A DNA stretch of 64,000 nt from an uncultured Desulfarculus sp. (GCA_963665125.2 CAXXUK010000001.1:3328001-3392000); one strand, 5' to 3'. Shown: positions 39,084 through 49,076, counted from the first letter of the stretch. Program-made: numbers and translations. Notes: generated from the sequence alone by a model not told the origin.

Positions 39084-40455
39084 AACCAGCCTCTTTTCTG
39101 AGCTTGTCCAGCTTGGCTTTCAAACCGGGAAGGAGCTTGTCGCCCTGGGGCGTGCCCATGAGGTTGCTCATTTCCCTGGGATCTGTTTGCAGATCGAAAA
39201 GCTGATTGTCGGAGCTGTCGGGGTATTCGATGTATTTATAGCGGCCGGTGCGAACTGCCTGCAGATTCGGCACGCAGTAGGGGAAATCCTCGAATATTTC
39301 ATAGAGCCAGGCCTCCCTGCCCGGCGCGGCGGTGTCTTGCAGGTACGGCACCATGGAACTGCCCTGCATGGAGGCCGGAGCCGCCAGCCCGGCCATCTGC
39401 AAGATCGTGGGGGCCAGGTCGATGTTCAGCACCATCTGGGGGGCCACCTTGCCGGCGCTGTCCTTGAGGCGCGGATCATAAATGATCAGCGGCACGCGCA
39501 AGGCCTCTTCATAGGCCCAGCGCTTGTCCATCAGACGGTGTTCGCCAAAGAAATAGCCGTTGTCCCCGGCGTAGACGATGATGGTGTTGTCGGCGATGCC
39601 CATGTCATCGAGCTTCTTGAAAACCCGGCCGATCTCCAGATCCAGGGCATGCATGGTCTCCATGTACTTCTGGTAGGTCTTGCTCAGCGAACCCAAAAGG
39701 CCGCAATAAAGCAGGTTGCGGTCGGCCAGGCTGATCCAGTCGTCGGCCTCGGGCGGCATGGGCATCTTTTTATCCTTGTAGATCCCCGCCAGGTCCTTGG
39801 GCGGCAGGAACTGGTGATGCACGGCCTTGTGGCTCAGATACAAGCAAAACGGGTTGTCGCGGTCCTTGCCGATGAACTCCAGGGCCCGGTCGGTGAGTTC
39901 CTCGGTGATATATTCCTTGCGGGAGGCTTCTTCCTTGCCGTCGACGATGAGCGGGCAGTCGAAATAACGGCCCTGGCCGCCCTGGACCGTGAAGGTGATG
40001 AACTGGTCAACGCCCCGCAGCTTGGGCAGTTCGCCGGGCATGTGCCACTTGCCGATGAATGATGTATCGTAGCCCGCCTTTTTCAGCAGTTCCATGAAGG
40101 TGACGTTGGCGTTGTTCCAGGGCGTGAGGTTGTTTTTCACGCCGTGGGTGCTGGCGTATTGGCCGGTGAGAAAGCTGGCCCGGCTGGGGCTGCACAGGCT
40201 GGTGGTCACGAAGGCGTTTTCAAACCGCACCCCGCGCTTGCACAGCTTGTCCAGATTTGGCGTTTCCACCATGGGGTGGTTCAGGATGCTCAGGGCGTCG
40301 TAGCGGTGGTCGTCGGCCAGGATAAAGATTATATTGGGCCGCCGTGGCGGCGCGGCCCGGCCCAGGCGGGGCATGGACAGCCCGGCCAATCCGGCAGCCA
40401 AGAGCCCGCCGGTCTGGCGTAAGGCCTGGCGGCGGTTGATCTTTTTATTCCACAA
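39073..40455 (-). CDS. Tat-exported Cys-type sulfatase
   Basis: NRRQAL twin-arginine signal, PNIIFILADD, CSPSRASFLTG, GKWH, DNG. Confidence 0.92.
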   Translation of the reverse strand: MWNKKINRRQALRQTGGLLAAGLAGLSMPRLGRAAPPRRPNIIFILADDHRYDALSILNHPMVETPNLDKLCKRGVRFENAFVTTSLCSPSRASFLTGQYASTHGVKNNLTPWNNANVTFMELLKKAGYDTSFIGKWHMPGELPKLRGVDQFITFTVQGGQGRYFDCPLIVDGKEEASRKEYITEELTDRALEFIGKDRDNPFCLYLSHKAVHHQFLPPKDLAGIYKDKKMPMPPEADDWISLADRNLLYCGLLGSLSKTYQKYMETMHALDLEIGRVFKKLDDMGIADNTIIVYAGDNGYFFGEHRLMDKRWAYEEALRVPLIIYDPRLKDSAGKVAPQMVLNIDLAPTILQMAGLAAPASMQGSSMVPYLQDTAAPGREAWLYEIFEDFPYCVPNLQAVRTGRYKYIEYPDSSDNQLFDLQTDPREMSNLMGTPQGDKLLPGLKAKLDKLRKEAGYGR

Positions 40456-40475
40456 GGCTTCAGCTCCTGTCCGTG

Positions 40476-40514
40476 GTCACAATTTGTGACGTTGTTGGCC
40501 GCCACAATTGTAGC
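40476..40514. promoter_or_regulatory. Paired palindromic operator, likely for the adjacent TetR
   Basis: GTCACAA-T-TTGTGAC (40476-40490) and GCCACAATTGTAGC (40501-40514). Confidence 0.5.
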
Positions 40515-40638
40515 CAATTGGCCGCGAAGCATGTCAATGCCAAAGTCATGATTTCATACTTTTATAGGTATTTTTCAGTTGATTGCCGGAGGCCCGGGCG
40601 TCCCATTGGGAGTAAATTAATGATGGAGAGGTTTTCGT

Positions 40639-41259
40639 CTATTGCCCGACCAAGGCCATGATGGCCTCGATCACATCGTCGAAAGCCTCTTTACGGTCTT
40701 TTCCGGCCTGGCCGGTGCCCTGCAAAATCATGTCGCCGAACACCAACATGCCCATGGCCATGGCCTCCAGGGCCGCCACCATAACCTTGGGATCAATGCC
40801 GTTGCGCAGCCGTCCTTCGGCCTGGGCTCTTTCGGCGGCGGCAACCATATCTTCCATGATCGGAAAACCGGACTGGATGCGGCCCTCGTATTTGCCTCCC
40901 AGGCCGATCAGGGCCTCCAAACGCCATAACTGCTCGTGGCCCTGGATTGTCTTGAAGGCCTCGGTGAACCAGTCCCGGTCGAACGACACGCTGCCCACGG
41001 CTGTTCGCAGCCGCTCCAGCAAAGTGTTGTGAACTTCCCGCAGCAGGTTTTCCTTGGTGCCGAAGTGGCGGTGGATCAGCCCGTAGTTCACGTTGGCCCT
41101 GGCCGCGATATCCCGCACGGAAACAGCTTCCACGCCATTGGCCGAAAACAGTTCCGCCGCCGCCTTGATAACCGCCGCGCGAACGGCTTCACGGCCAATC
41201 GGCTTTTTTCCGGTGGGCGCCACTTGCCTATGCTTTCTCCACGCGATCGTTATCACCAC
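40639..41259 (-). CDS. TetR-family regulator (start could be 41223)
   Basis: AAAELFSANG..AVSVRDIA..ANVNYGLIHRHFGTKENL. Confidence 0.9.
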   Translation of the reverse strand: MVITIAWRKHRQVAPTGKKPIGREAVRAAVIKAAAELFSANGVEAVSVRDIAARANVNYGLIHRHFGTKENLLREVHNTLLERLRTAVGSVSFDRDWFTEAFKTIQGHEQLWRLEALIGLGGKYEGRIQSGFPIMEDMVAAAERAQAEGRLRNGIDPKVMVAALEAMAMGMLVFGDMILQGTGQAGKDRKEAFDDVIEAIMALVGQ

Positions 41260-41388
41260 CTAACTTAAAAGATATTACGAGCCTTGGGATATTTAAGCAA
41301 GCAACGGATCATCCACGCCACCACGGGCCAAATACTTTCAATGAAGGTTATTTTTTGGCATTATGACTAATGGCAGGGCACGCTGGTC

Positions 41389-43548
41389 TTGCCCGGCATT
41401 CACCAAGCTACGGGGAATAATCACTTGGCGGCAAAATTTTTACGCATAGGCCTGCCCGGCTGGATCGGCATTGGAGCGGTCAGCGGCTTGATCACGGGCA
41501 TCATTGCCGGCGAATCCTGCAAAGTCCTGCAACCGGTGGGCACGGCCTATGTAATGCTCCTGGAGTCCGTGGTCTATCCCTATCTGATTTCCTCGCTGCT
41601 TCACGGCCTGGGCCAGCTCAGCTCGGCCACGGCCCTGCGCCTGTTCAAGCGCAGTTGGCCGTTTTACCTGTCCGTCTGGGGCCTGACCCTGGGCGCGGCC
41701 TATCTATTGAGCCTTTCGTTCCCGGCCCTGCCCCTGCCGCCGGTCATCGATGCCACCCTGCCGGATCGCACCGGGCCGGACCTTTTGCAGCTCATCCTGC
41801 CGGGCAACATCTTCCACGACTTGGCCAACAACTACGTACCGGCCGTGGTCGTATTGTCGGTATTATTTGGCGTAGCCCTGCAGAACGCGCCGGGCAAGGG
41901 CAAGATGTTGGACCTGCTGGCCCTGCTGCGCGCCGCCTGCGTAAAGATTTGGAACTGGGTCGTCAACCTGGCTCCTTTGGCCGTGTTCGCCATGTTCGCG
42001 GTAACCGCCGGGACCATGAAAATGGACAAGCTGGAGGGGCTCGTCATTTACGTGGTGCTGTTTTTGGCCGCCACGTTCTTCCTGGCCTTCGTGGTCCTGC
42101 CCATGGCCATGTCGGCGCTGTTGCCCACCCGCTACACCGAGGTGCTGTCCGAACTGCGCGGAGCCCTGGTGCTGTCGCTGGTCACCACCCTGTCGGTGGT
42201 GGCCCTGCCCTTTATCCAGCAGGCAGCCGAAAAGCTGGCCGGCGACAACGGCATCGACAATGACGACAAGGGCGAAATAATCGAGACATCCCTGGCCATC
42301 AGCTACCCCCTGGGCCAGTTGGGCAACCTGTTCGTCTATTTTTTCATCCTTTTCGCGGCATTCAACTCCCGCACCACCCTCGAAGGCATGGAGCAGCTGG
42401 CCCTGCCGCTGATGACCCTGTTTTCGTGTATCGGCTCGCCCACCTCCACGGTCAACGCCGTGGATTTCCTGGGCCAATGGCTTAATTTGCCCGGCCGGCC
42501 GCTGGATCTGTACGTGGAGACCATGGTCATCACCCGCTACGGCCAGGTGGCCCTTTCGGTCATGGGTTTCGCTTTTTTAACCTACACCATGACCTTCAAC
42601 TACTACGAACGACTCAAAGTGGCCGCCCACCGGCTGGCTTTCAGCGCCCTGTTGGCCCTGCTGTGCATAGTGGGCCTCGGTTTCGGCGGCCACGGCCTGC
42701 TCGGCAATTCCCTGGACAAGCCGGACGACGCCCACCTGCGGCTGAGTTTGCCCCAACAGATCACCAGCGGTGTGACGGTGAAGGTCTATAAAACCAGGCA
42801 GGAGTTCTTCACCGACTACCCCGAACCGGGACTCAAGCCGGGAGAATCGGTGGTCGACCGCATCCAGCGCACCAACACCCTGCTGGTGGGCTATGCGGCG
42901 GGCATCATTCCCTTTACCTATTTCAACAAGCACGGCGACCTGGTGGGCTATGACATCGCCTGCGCCTATGACCTGGCCAAGGCCCTCAACGCCAAGCTGG
43001 TGCTGGCGCCGATAACATTCAAACTGATCAAACAAGAGGCCAAAGACGGCGTATTCGACATCATCATGGGCGGCATCTTCGTCACCGAGGAGCGCATGCG
43101 CTGGGGCGTGTTCTGCCAGCCCTATTACCAAAGCCCCATGGGCCTGATCGTGCCTTCCAAAAGGGCAAAGGAATTCACCGACATGGCCGCCATCAGACAA
43201 ATGCCCGGTTTGTCAATCGCCGTTTTCGACGATCCGCTGATGTTCGAGTTGGCCCGCAGGCTCTTTCCCAAGGCCAAACAGCAGGTTGTCGGAAGCTTGG
43301 GCTATGACGACCTGCCAAGCGCCACGGACTGGAACGCGGCCTTGTGGACATTCGGCGAGGCCTCGATCTGGGCCATGGCCCACCCCGGCTATACGGCCGT
43401 CAAACCCAAGGACATGGGCGCGGTGATGCTGGTGTCGTACTACCTGCCAAGGGACTCGGCCCAGATGCAGCAGATGATCAACGGCTGGCTCAACCTGCGC
43501 AAGGCCGACGGATTCCTGGCCCGCCAACGGGCATATTGGATGGAATAA
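41389..43548 (+). CDS. Dicarboxylate/amino acid:cation symporter fused to a periplasmic amino-acid-binding domain
   Basis: N-terminal multi-TM symporter (APLAVF, TTLSVVALP) plus C-terminal IPFTYFN..G.LVGYDI, ITF, VTEER. Confidence 0.8.
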   Translation: MPGIHQATGNNHLAAKFLRIGLPGWIGIGAVSGLITGIIAGESCKVLQPVGTAYVMLLESVVYPYLISSLLHGLGQLSSATALRLFKRSWPFYLSVWGLTLGAAYLLSLSFPALPLPPVIDATLPDRTGPDLLQLILPGNIFHDLANNYVPAVVVLSVLFGVALQNAPGKGKMLDLLALLRAACVKIWNWVVNLAPLAVFAMFAVTAGTMKMDKLEGLVIYVVLFLAATFFLAFVVLPMAMSALLPTRYTEVLSELRGALVLSLVTTLSVVALPFIQQAAEKLAGDNGIDNDDKGEIIETSLAISYPLGQLGNLFVYFFILFAAFNSRTTLEGMEQLALPLMTLFSCIGSPTSTVNAVDFLGQWLNLPGRPLDLYVETMVITRYGQVALSVMGFAFLTYTMTFNYYERLKVAAHRLAFSALLALLCIVGLGFGGHGLLGNSLDKPDDAHLRLSLPQQITSGVTVKVYKTRQEFFTDYPEPGLKPGESVVDRIQRTNTLLVGYAAGIIPFTYFNKHGDLVGYDIACAYDLAKALNAKLVLAPITFKLIKQEAKDGVFDIIMGGIFVTEERMRWGVFCQPYYQSPMGLIVPSKRAKEFTDMAAIRQMPGLSIAVFDDPLMFELARRLFPKAKQQVVGSLGYDDLPSATDWNAALWTFGEASIWAMAHPGYTAVKPKDMGAVMLVSYYLPRDSAQMQQMINGWLNLRKADGFLARQRAYWME

Positions 43549-43564
43549 CCAGCCTGTAACCGGT

Positions 43565-44872
43565 ATGACTGACTTGACTTCGCACCCGGCGGAAAATGGG
43601 CCCACCGAATCAAGACCCGTAAGCTACCGCTGGCTGGTCTTCGCCATCCTGGCCGCCATCTATCTGCTGGTATATTTTCACCGCCAGGCCCCGGCCGTGC
43701 TGTCCCTGGACCTGATGAAGGACCTGGGGCTGAACGGCACGGCCCTGGGCCTGATCAGCGCGGCCTACTTTCTGCCCTACGCCGTCATGCAGGCCCCCGC
43801 CGGTCTGTTCACGGGGGTTTGGGGTCCGCGCAAGCTGCTTTGCGCCTCGCTTTGCCTGGCCGGAGCCGGCTCGCTGGTATTGGCCTTCGCGCCCGGTTTT
43901 TCAACCGCCCTGGTGGGCCGGGCCCTGGTGGGCCTGGGCGTTTCGACCGTGCTGGTCTGCGTTTTGGAGATCATGGCCCGCTGGTTTCCCCAACGGACCT
44001 TTGTGCGCATGCTGGGCTATCTGCTGGGCGTCGGCGGCCTGGGTGTATTCGTGGGCGCGGCGCCCCTGGCCTATCTGGACTCGGTGGTCGGCTGGCGGTC
44101 CAGCTTTGAGATCATAGCCGCCATGTCGTTTTTACTGGCCGCCGCCCTATGGTTTCTGGTGCGCAGCACGCCGGACAAGATGGGTTTTCCCATGCCGGAC
44201 AGCCATCCCATGCCCGCGGTCCGGCAAGCACCGGGCGATTTCCCCAAAAACCTGAAAAGCGTGGCCGTCAGCCCGGGATTCTGGCCCCCGGCCATTTGGG
44301 GTTTCATGAGCGTGGCCATCTTCAGCTCCCTGGGTTGCCTGTGGGGCGGCCCCTACCTCATGCACACCCACGGCCTGAGCAAGCTGCAAACAGGCCACAT
44401 CCTGGCCATGCTGGCAGTGGGCATGGTCATCGGCGGCCCTTTATTGGCCTACTTGGCGGGTTCGGTGTTCGGCTCGCGCAAACGCGTGCTGGTGGCGACC
44501 TGCCTGGGCCTGGTCATGCTGATGATAGTGTTGATACTGCTGGCCGAAACCATGCCCATTGCCGCCCTATACGCCTGGTTCGGCCTGTTGGGCCTGGTCA
44601 CAATGGGCGCGGCGCCCCTGGCCCTGACCCTGTCCAGGGACTCGGTGCAGCGATCGCTGACTGCCCCGGCCACGGGCGTATGCAATTTTCTGTTTTTGGT
44701 GGGCGGGGCCATCATCCAGCCCGTTGCCGGCTGGATCCTGGATGCCCACGGCAATGGGGTTGATTACACGGCAGCCCACTACCAACAGACCTTTTATCTA
44801 TATCTTGTTCTGGCCATAATGGCCCTGGCCGCCGCCCTAGCCATCAAGGAACCGCCGGGACCTAAACCGTAA
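43565..44872 (+). CDS. MFS transporter
   Basis: About 12 TM; YFHR, Q.PAG...GPRK, ARWFP, GWR. Confidence 0.9.
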   Translation: MTDLTSHPAENGPTESRPVSYRWLVFAILAAIYLLVYFHRQAPAVLSLDLMKDLGLNGTALGLISAAYFLPYAVMQAPAGLFTGVWGPRKLLCASLCLAGAGSLVLAFAPGFSTALVGRALVGLGVSTVLVCVLEIMARWFPQRTFVRMLGYLLGVGGLGVFVGAAPLAYLDSVVGWRSSFEIIAAMSFLLAAALWFLVRSTPDKMGFPMPDSHPMPAVRQAPGDFPKNLKSVAVSPGFWPPAIWGFMSVAIFSSLGCLWGGPYLMHTHGLSKLQTGHILAMLAVGMVIGGPLLAYLAGSVFGSRKRVLVATCLGLVMLMIVLILLAETMPIAALYAWFGLLGLVTMGAAPLALTLSRDSVQRSLTAPATGVCNFLFLVGGAIIQPVAGWILDAHGNGVDYTAAHYQQTFYLYLVLAIMALAAALAIKEPPGPKP

Positions 44873-45827
44873 GGCCGCTTTCCCTGGGCGGCAGGGGCAG
44901 CACATGGCCCCTATCCTGCGGATCGATGGGCCGCATCAACTCTTGCTTGAAGTCTTCGTCAAACACGGCCTCGAAATCGATCTTACCTATCGGGCCGCCA
45001 TGTCCCGCCTCTTTACGCTCAATGAGCCTGCCGATCAATTCGCCGACCATGTAATAGACCGGGACCAAAGTCTTTTCGCCCACCTGACGCACGTCGGCGG
45101 GCATCCGCCCGTCGGCCAGGCGCACGTTGATAAGCGGCGACTGGCCCACGATGGCCCCGTCGTCTATGGTTTCCGAGACATGGTGCAGGCTGACCCTGGT
45201 GGTGTGGGCCTGGCGCTCCAAGAGGTCTTCCCAGGGCTGGGGGCCCGCGCCGTAGTTGCTCAGCAGGTCCGAAGGATGCACGTTGTAGATGCCCAAGGGC
45301 GGTTGCCCGATTATCGGCGCGTCAATGGCCTGGCCAAAGCCGCTGACCACGATGACCTCGGGGTCCAGCTCCTTCAGTTTGGCCCGGAAATAGTCGTTTT
45401 TCACCTCGCCGGTGTAACAGGGTATGCCGAAGCCCAGGGCCGACTCCAGGATGCCCAGTTCATATTCCTCGCGCATGCTTTCCGGGTAGTAGCGCCAGAA
45501 ACGTTTCTTGATTGATATCTTGGCCGAGCCGTCCAGAGGGTCGTCGGTGACCAGGCCGACGATGTTGACCTCGTCCGGCATGGCGGCCTCCAGGGCCCTT
45601 ACCGCCTCGAAGCTCAGCAGGCCCAGGGTCCAACTGGCGATGACCAGGCAGCGCAGGCCCCGGTCGGTCTTGGCCGGATTGTCATCCGGAGCGGGCAGGA
45701 TGAACTTGCCCCAGCACGTATCATGCGGAGCCCTGATCTGGCGGCCCGGGTTGATCATGATTATACGGGCCAGCAGGTCTTCTTCTGCCGTCAGTTCGTG
45801 GAGTTCCAGTTTCTTCAAGTTAACCAC
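44862..45827 (-). CDS. Stand-alone formyltransferase-family protein
   Basis: YNVHPSDL..YGAGP and IDDGAI folate-dependent formyltransferase motifs. Confidence 0.8.
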   Translation of the reverse strand: MVNLKKLELHELTAEEDLLARIIMINPGRQIRAPHDTCWGKFILPAPDDNPAKTDRGLRCLVIASWTLGLLSFEAVRALEAAMPDEVNIVGLVTDDPLDGSAKISIKKRFWRYYPESMREEYELGILESALGFGIPCYTGEVKNDYFRAKLKELDPEVIVVSGFGQAIDAPIIGQPPLGIYNVHPSDLLSNYGAGPQPWEDLLERQAHTTRVSLHHVSETIDDGAIVGQSPLINVRLADGRMPADVRQVGEKTLVPVYYMVGELIGRLIERKEAGHGGPIGKIDFEAVFDEDFKQELMRPIDPQDRGHVLPLPPRESGLTV

Positions 45828-45973
45828 CCAATTTCAGTCAATATTATGCCGTTATGCTAACCTACCGCGCCGCTGCCGTCCAAGTTTTTCCCACCAGACC
45901 TTGCCAACCCAACCCGTTCGCTTTATCATAATAGATATCATTATCAGTTAATAATCTTTCCCGGAGGGAGAGC

Positions 45974-46345
45974 ATGCTTACCCTTGAGCAAATCAACGGC
46001 GACCGCGACCTGGTCAACAACATCGACTGGGAAATGACCCCGGAAAAGGCCGTATCGCTGTATCTGGAGTGGGGCAACGGTTGGAACCACGGCATCCGCA
46101 TGGTCCGTTCCCACAATGACGTGGCCTACTATTTCGTGGTCTATTCCTGGGAAGAAGGCCCGGTGCTGCACCTGATCCGCCGCAACACCGAAGGAGCCGA
46201 GGAACTGGCCGTTATCACCATCCCCGAGGAAATGCGCCAACGCTTCAACGAGCATTGGGGCGGTCACAAGGGCGTATACGCGCCCACCGAGGAGATATAC
46301 GACTGGCTCCAGGAAGCCCTGGGCGTATCAGACCTTTTTCACTAA
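45974..46345 (+). CDS. DVU0772-like conserved protein of sulfate reducers
   Basis: IDWEMTPEKAV.LYLEWGN and GVYA motifs. Confidence 0.75.
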   Translation: MLTLEQINGDRDLVNNIDWEMTPEKAVSLYLEWGNGWNHGIRMVRSHNDVAYYFVVYSWEEGPVLHLIRRNTEGAEELAVITIPEEMRQRFNEHWGGHKGVYAPTEEIYDWLQEALGVSDLFH

Positions 46346-46347
46346 TT

Positions 46348-46561
46348 TCTTGAGCCTTGGCCCGTCCTTGGGCCAAGGTGCAGCGCCCCGGACGGAGCAA
46401 GTCCGATCCGGGGCTCACGGCGCATGGCTTCGCGCTGCGCCGGGCTGGCCCTACGATCTCTTGCACCTGGGCCCGTCCCTGGGCCAAGGTGCAGCGCTTT
46501 GGGCGGAGCAAGTCCGTCCCGAAGCTCACGGCGCATGGCTTCGCGCTGCGCCGGGCTGGCC
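46348..46561. repeat. Two tandem copies (period 111 bp) of a triple-hairpin REP-like element
   Basis: Units 46348-46450 and 46459-46561; three hairpins per unit; GTAGGGC on the minus strand at 46454-46448. Confidence 0.8.
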
Positions 46562-46773
46562 ATCCATGGCCAGCAGTCCGTAACGCTGGGGTCCTGCTAG
46601 TGCAAATAGCCCGACCCAACCGGCCACGAATCTGTCATCGGGCACAGTCCGCACGCCGAGTCATGGCGTAATCCTGCGGGAAGTTAATGCTCCGATGCGC
46701 CAACACGCACGGAATATTTTTAAATTCCAGCATCGCCCAGGGAACCTCAGACCCAACTCGAGGCAACGTCATT

Positions 46774-46825
46774 TGGAGGGGGGGCGGGGACCACCTTTGT
46801 CGAAAGGGGGTCCCCACTTCCCCCA
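46774..46825. repeat. GC-rich intergenic hairpin
   Basis: GGGGACCACCTTT-GTCG-AAAGGGGGTCCCC core with extended purine/pyrimidine arms. Confidence 0.5.
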
Positions 46826-46960
46826 GGGAAATATTGGCTTTCCCAGAAAGCTCGCGTCGGCACCGCGTTTTAAAGGCACTAAGGCCGTGAAAGAGAAAAG
46901 ACCGGAGCGAAAAAGGACAACCTTTCTGTTTTGGTTAATCTCCTAGAAGTGGTTTTAGAT

Positions 46961-47017
46961 GCCCGGCGGCCTCGGCCTTTTGCAGGGCCTTGAGATAAAT
47001 TTGGGATTTGCCCTTTG
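46961..47017. repeat. 57-bp direct copy of the flavodoxin-gene 3' region (47420-47476)
   Basis: 53/57 identical by manual alignment. Confidence 0.85.
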
Positions 47018-47088
47018 ACCCCGGCTGCGGTATCGGCATAGGCTGTGTACGTCAGATACGGGGTCGCTTTAATTGGGGGAAGCCAGCA

Positions 47089-47358
47089 GTGGATTTTTTC
47101 ATTGGCTTAATAGCTTTTATAGTGGCTTTTTGCGTTTATTCCTGGTGTAAAGACACCCCAACGAAAAAACCCTCAATAGTCGCCAATATTCAAATACATG
47201 TGGATGAAGACGGCAATACCATCCTGACCAAAATGGTAAACGACAGGCGTATCGGCGCGCCGCTGCTTTTGCCGGCGGAGGCCAGCCCGGAAAAAATCAA
47301 GCGCACCGCCGAAGAGATGGCCGAAGAGGTCAGGCAGGAATACCCCTCCTTGAGATAG
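47089..47358 (+). CDS. Small hypothetical protein with N-terminal TM helix
   Basis: GGGGGA RBS, GTG start, hydrophobic N-terminus. Confidence 0.6.
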   Translation: MDFFIGLIAFIVAFCVYSWCKDTPTKKPSIVANIQIHVDEDGNTILTKMVNDRRIGAPLLLPAEASPEKIKRTAEEMAEEVRQEYPSLR

Positions 47359-47387
47359 CCCACCCTACACCACTTAAAACAAACGTC

Positions 47388-47981
47388 TCAGCCCAGTTTC
47401 AACCGCCCGGCCATGCGCCGCCCGGCGGCCTCGGCCTTTTGCAGGGCCTTGGGGCTAATTTGGGATTTGCCCTTTGTGCCCGGCGCGGCCAGGCGGGCCA
47501 CGCTTCTGAAACCGGCGTAGTGCAAAATCCCGCCCATGGCCCGCAACGCGCCCCGGCTCTGGGCCAAGATGAAATTAAAGGGCCATTGCGTGGTGCAGGC
47601 CGTCAGGACAATCGCCGGTTTGCCCTTGTGGCGCGGCAGGGGCAGGCCGCTTTTTTGCTCGCCGATCAGGGCCGGGACCATGCGGTCAAAAAGCGTTTTC
47701 AGCGGACTGCTCATGTTGCCCCAATGGGTTGGCGTGCCGATGACCAGTCCATCGCACCCGCCCAGCATTTCCGCCACATCATGGGCGTCATCTTGGGGCA
47801 ATACGCAAACTCCGTCCGGGCGGCATTTCATGCAGGCAATGCAATGAGCCAACTCCAACTTGCAAACATCCACCCACTGGACCTCGGCCGCGCCGCCCAG
47901 GCCGTCGACAACGCCTCGCAGCATGGTCTCCACGGTTCCGCCCCGTCTGGGGCTGCCGTTCAACACAAGCACCTTTGCCAT
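47388..47981 (-). CDS. Iron-sulfur flavoprotein / multimeric flavodoxin WrbA family
   Basis: NGSPRRGGT, CIACMKC....C, GTPTHWG. Confidence 0.88.
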   Translation of the reverse strand: MAKVLVLNGSPRRGGTVETMLRGVVDGLGGAAEVQWVDVCKLELAHCIACMKCRPDGVCVLPQDDAHDVAEMLGGCDGLVIGTPTHWGNMSSPLKTLFDRMVPALIGEQKSGLPLPRHKGKPAIVLTACTTQWPFNFILAQSRGALRAMGGILHYAGFRSVARLAAPGTKGKSQISPKALQKAEAAGRRMAGRLKLG

Positions 47982-47992
47982 TCTCAACACCC

Positions 47993-48862
47993 CTACGGCA
48001 GGTATTCGGCCGCCTTCAGCGCCACGTCCGGCTGAAGGACCAACTCATAATGATCGTATTCCGGGAAGTCGCCAATGTGCCCGGCTCCGTCCAGCACGGC
48101 CGAGTCGTACGGCACCAAGCCGTCGTTGTCCACCTCATAAACTCTCTTTAAAACCTGCCAGCCCAAAGCCAACTCACCGCCCCAGCCCACACAACCGCCG
48201 TCAGGGCAGTTGCCGCGCACCGTGTGCATGGCCCCGCCCTGGGCCAGGGGGGCCTCGGCCGCCGGATAGTCCCTGTTGAAGCGGGCCATGCGCTCTGGTT
48301 GCAGGTCGGCTATGGCCTCGTCCGCTCCGATGAACAGGCCCACCCACTGGAAACTGTCGGCCAACTGCGAACCAAGGTGAGGCGTGCCCAGGGTGACCAA
48401 CGCCGCCACCTTGCCTGGGTTTTCCTGTAAATAATACCGGCTGACCAGCCCGCCCATGCTGTGGGCCATAACGTCAAAGGAAGCGCTGAGGTCGTGCTCT
48501 TTTTGCAGTACATCCACGGTCTGTTGCAGGTAGTGGGCCTGCCACTGGATCGACTTGGTCCCGGCGCTAGAGTCGTTTTCGCCGGCGCAGATCAGTTTTT
48601 TGCCGCCGATGTCCCTTTGCCAAACCCTAGTGGAGCCGCCCAGATACACCACATAGACGTTGCCCGAACCCCAGACGCCCAGACAGGCGTCCAGAAAAGC
48701 ATCGCCCCACTGATGTTTGTTGGCCAGGCCGTGAACCAGCACCAGGTCGTATTGTTTTTGCTGCGGCCGGGCCTGCATCTTGGCCGGTTCGGTGTGCGAA
48801 CACGCCGCCGGCACCAACAGGGCAAGGGCCACGCCGAAAATTGTCAACAGGTTCCTGATCAT
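47993..48862 (-). CDS. Alpha/beta hydrolase (lipase-like) lipoprotein
   Basis: Lipobox PAAC, LVHGL, AHSMGG, GTPHLGS, NDGLVP, DH. Confidence 0.85.
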   Translation of the reverse strand: MIRNLLTIFGVALALLVPAACSHTEPAKMQARPQQKQYDLVLVHGLANKHQWGDAFLDACLGVWGSGNVYVVYLGGSTRVWQRDIGGKKLICAGENDSSAGTKSIQWQAHYLQQTVDVLQKEHDLSASFDVMAHSMGGLVSRYYLQENPGKVAALVTLGTPHLGSQLADSFQWVGLFIGADEAIADLQPERMARFNRDYPAAEAPLAQGGAMHTVRGNCPDGGCVGWGGELALGWQVLKRVYEVDNDGLVPYDSAVLDGAGHIGDFPEYDHYELVLQPDVALKAAEYLP

Positions 48863-49076
48863 TCCAAGCTCCGTCCATCGCGCCTATTCGCATCAAACAC
48901 GGAATTCATTCTATGCCATTTGTGGCAATCACCACAAATGGGTCTTATCTTCAAAACCACGATCCCCATGCGCCTATTGGCCCGTCCGGATTGACAGATC
49001 CCTAACTTGGCAATAGGCTATGGTCACCGAAACCTAAACCATCCCAGCGCCAAGGCGTTTCAAAGGAGCGTATAGG

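Noticed and set aside
46348..46561. CRISPR array or protein-coding repeat
   Set aside because: Only two long units, no unique spacers, no cas genes; overlapping ORFs are repeat artefacts
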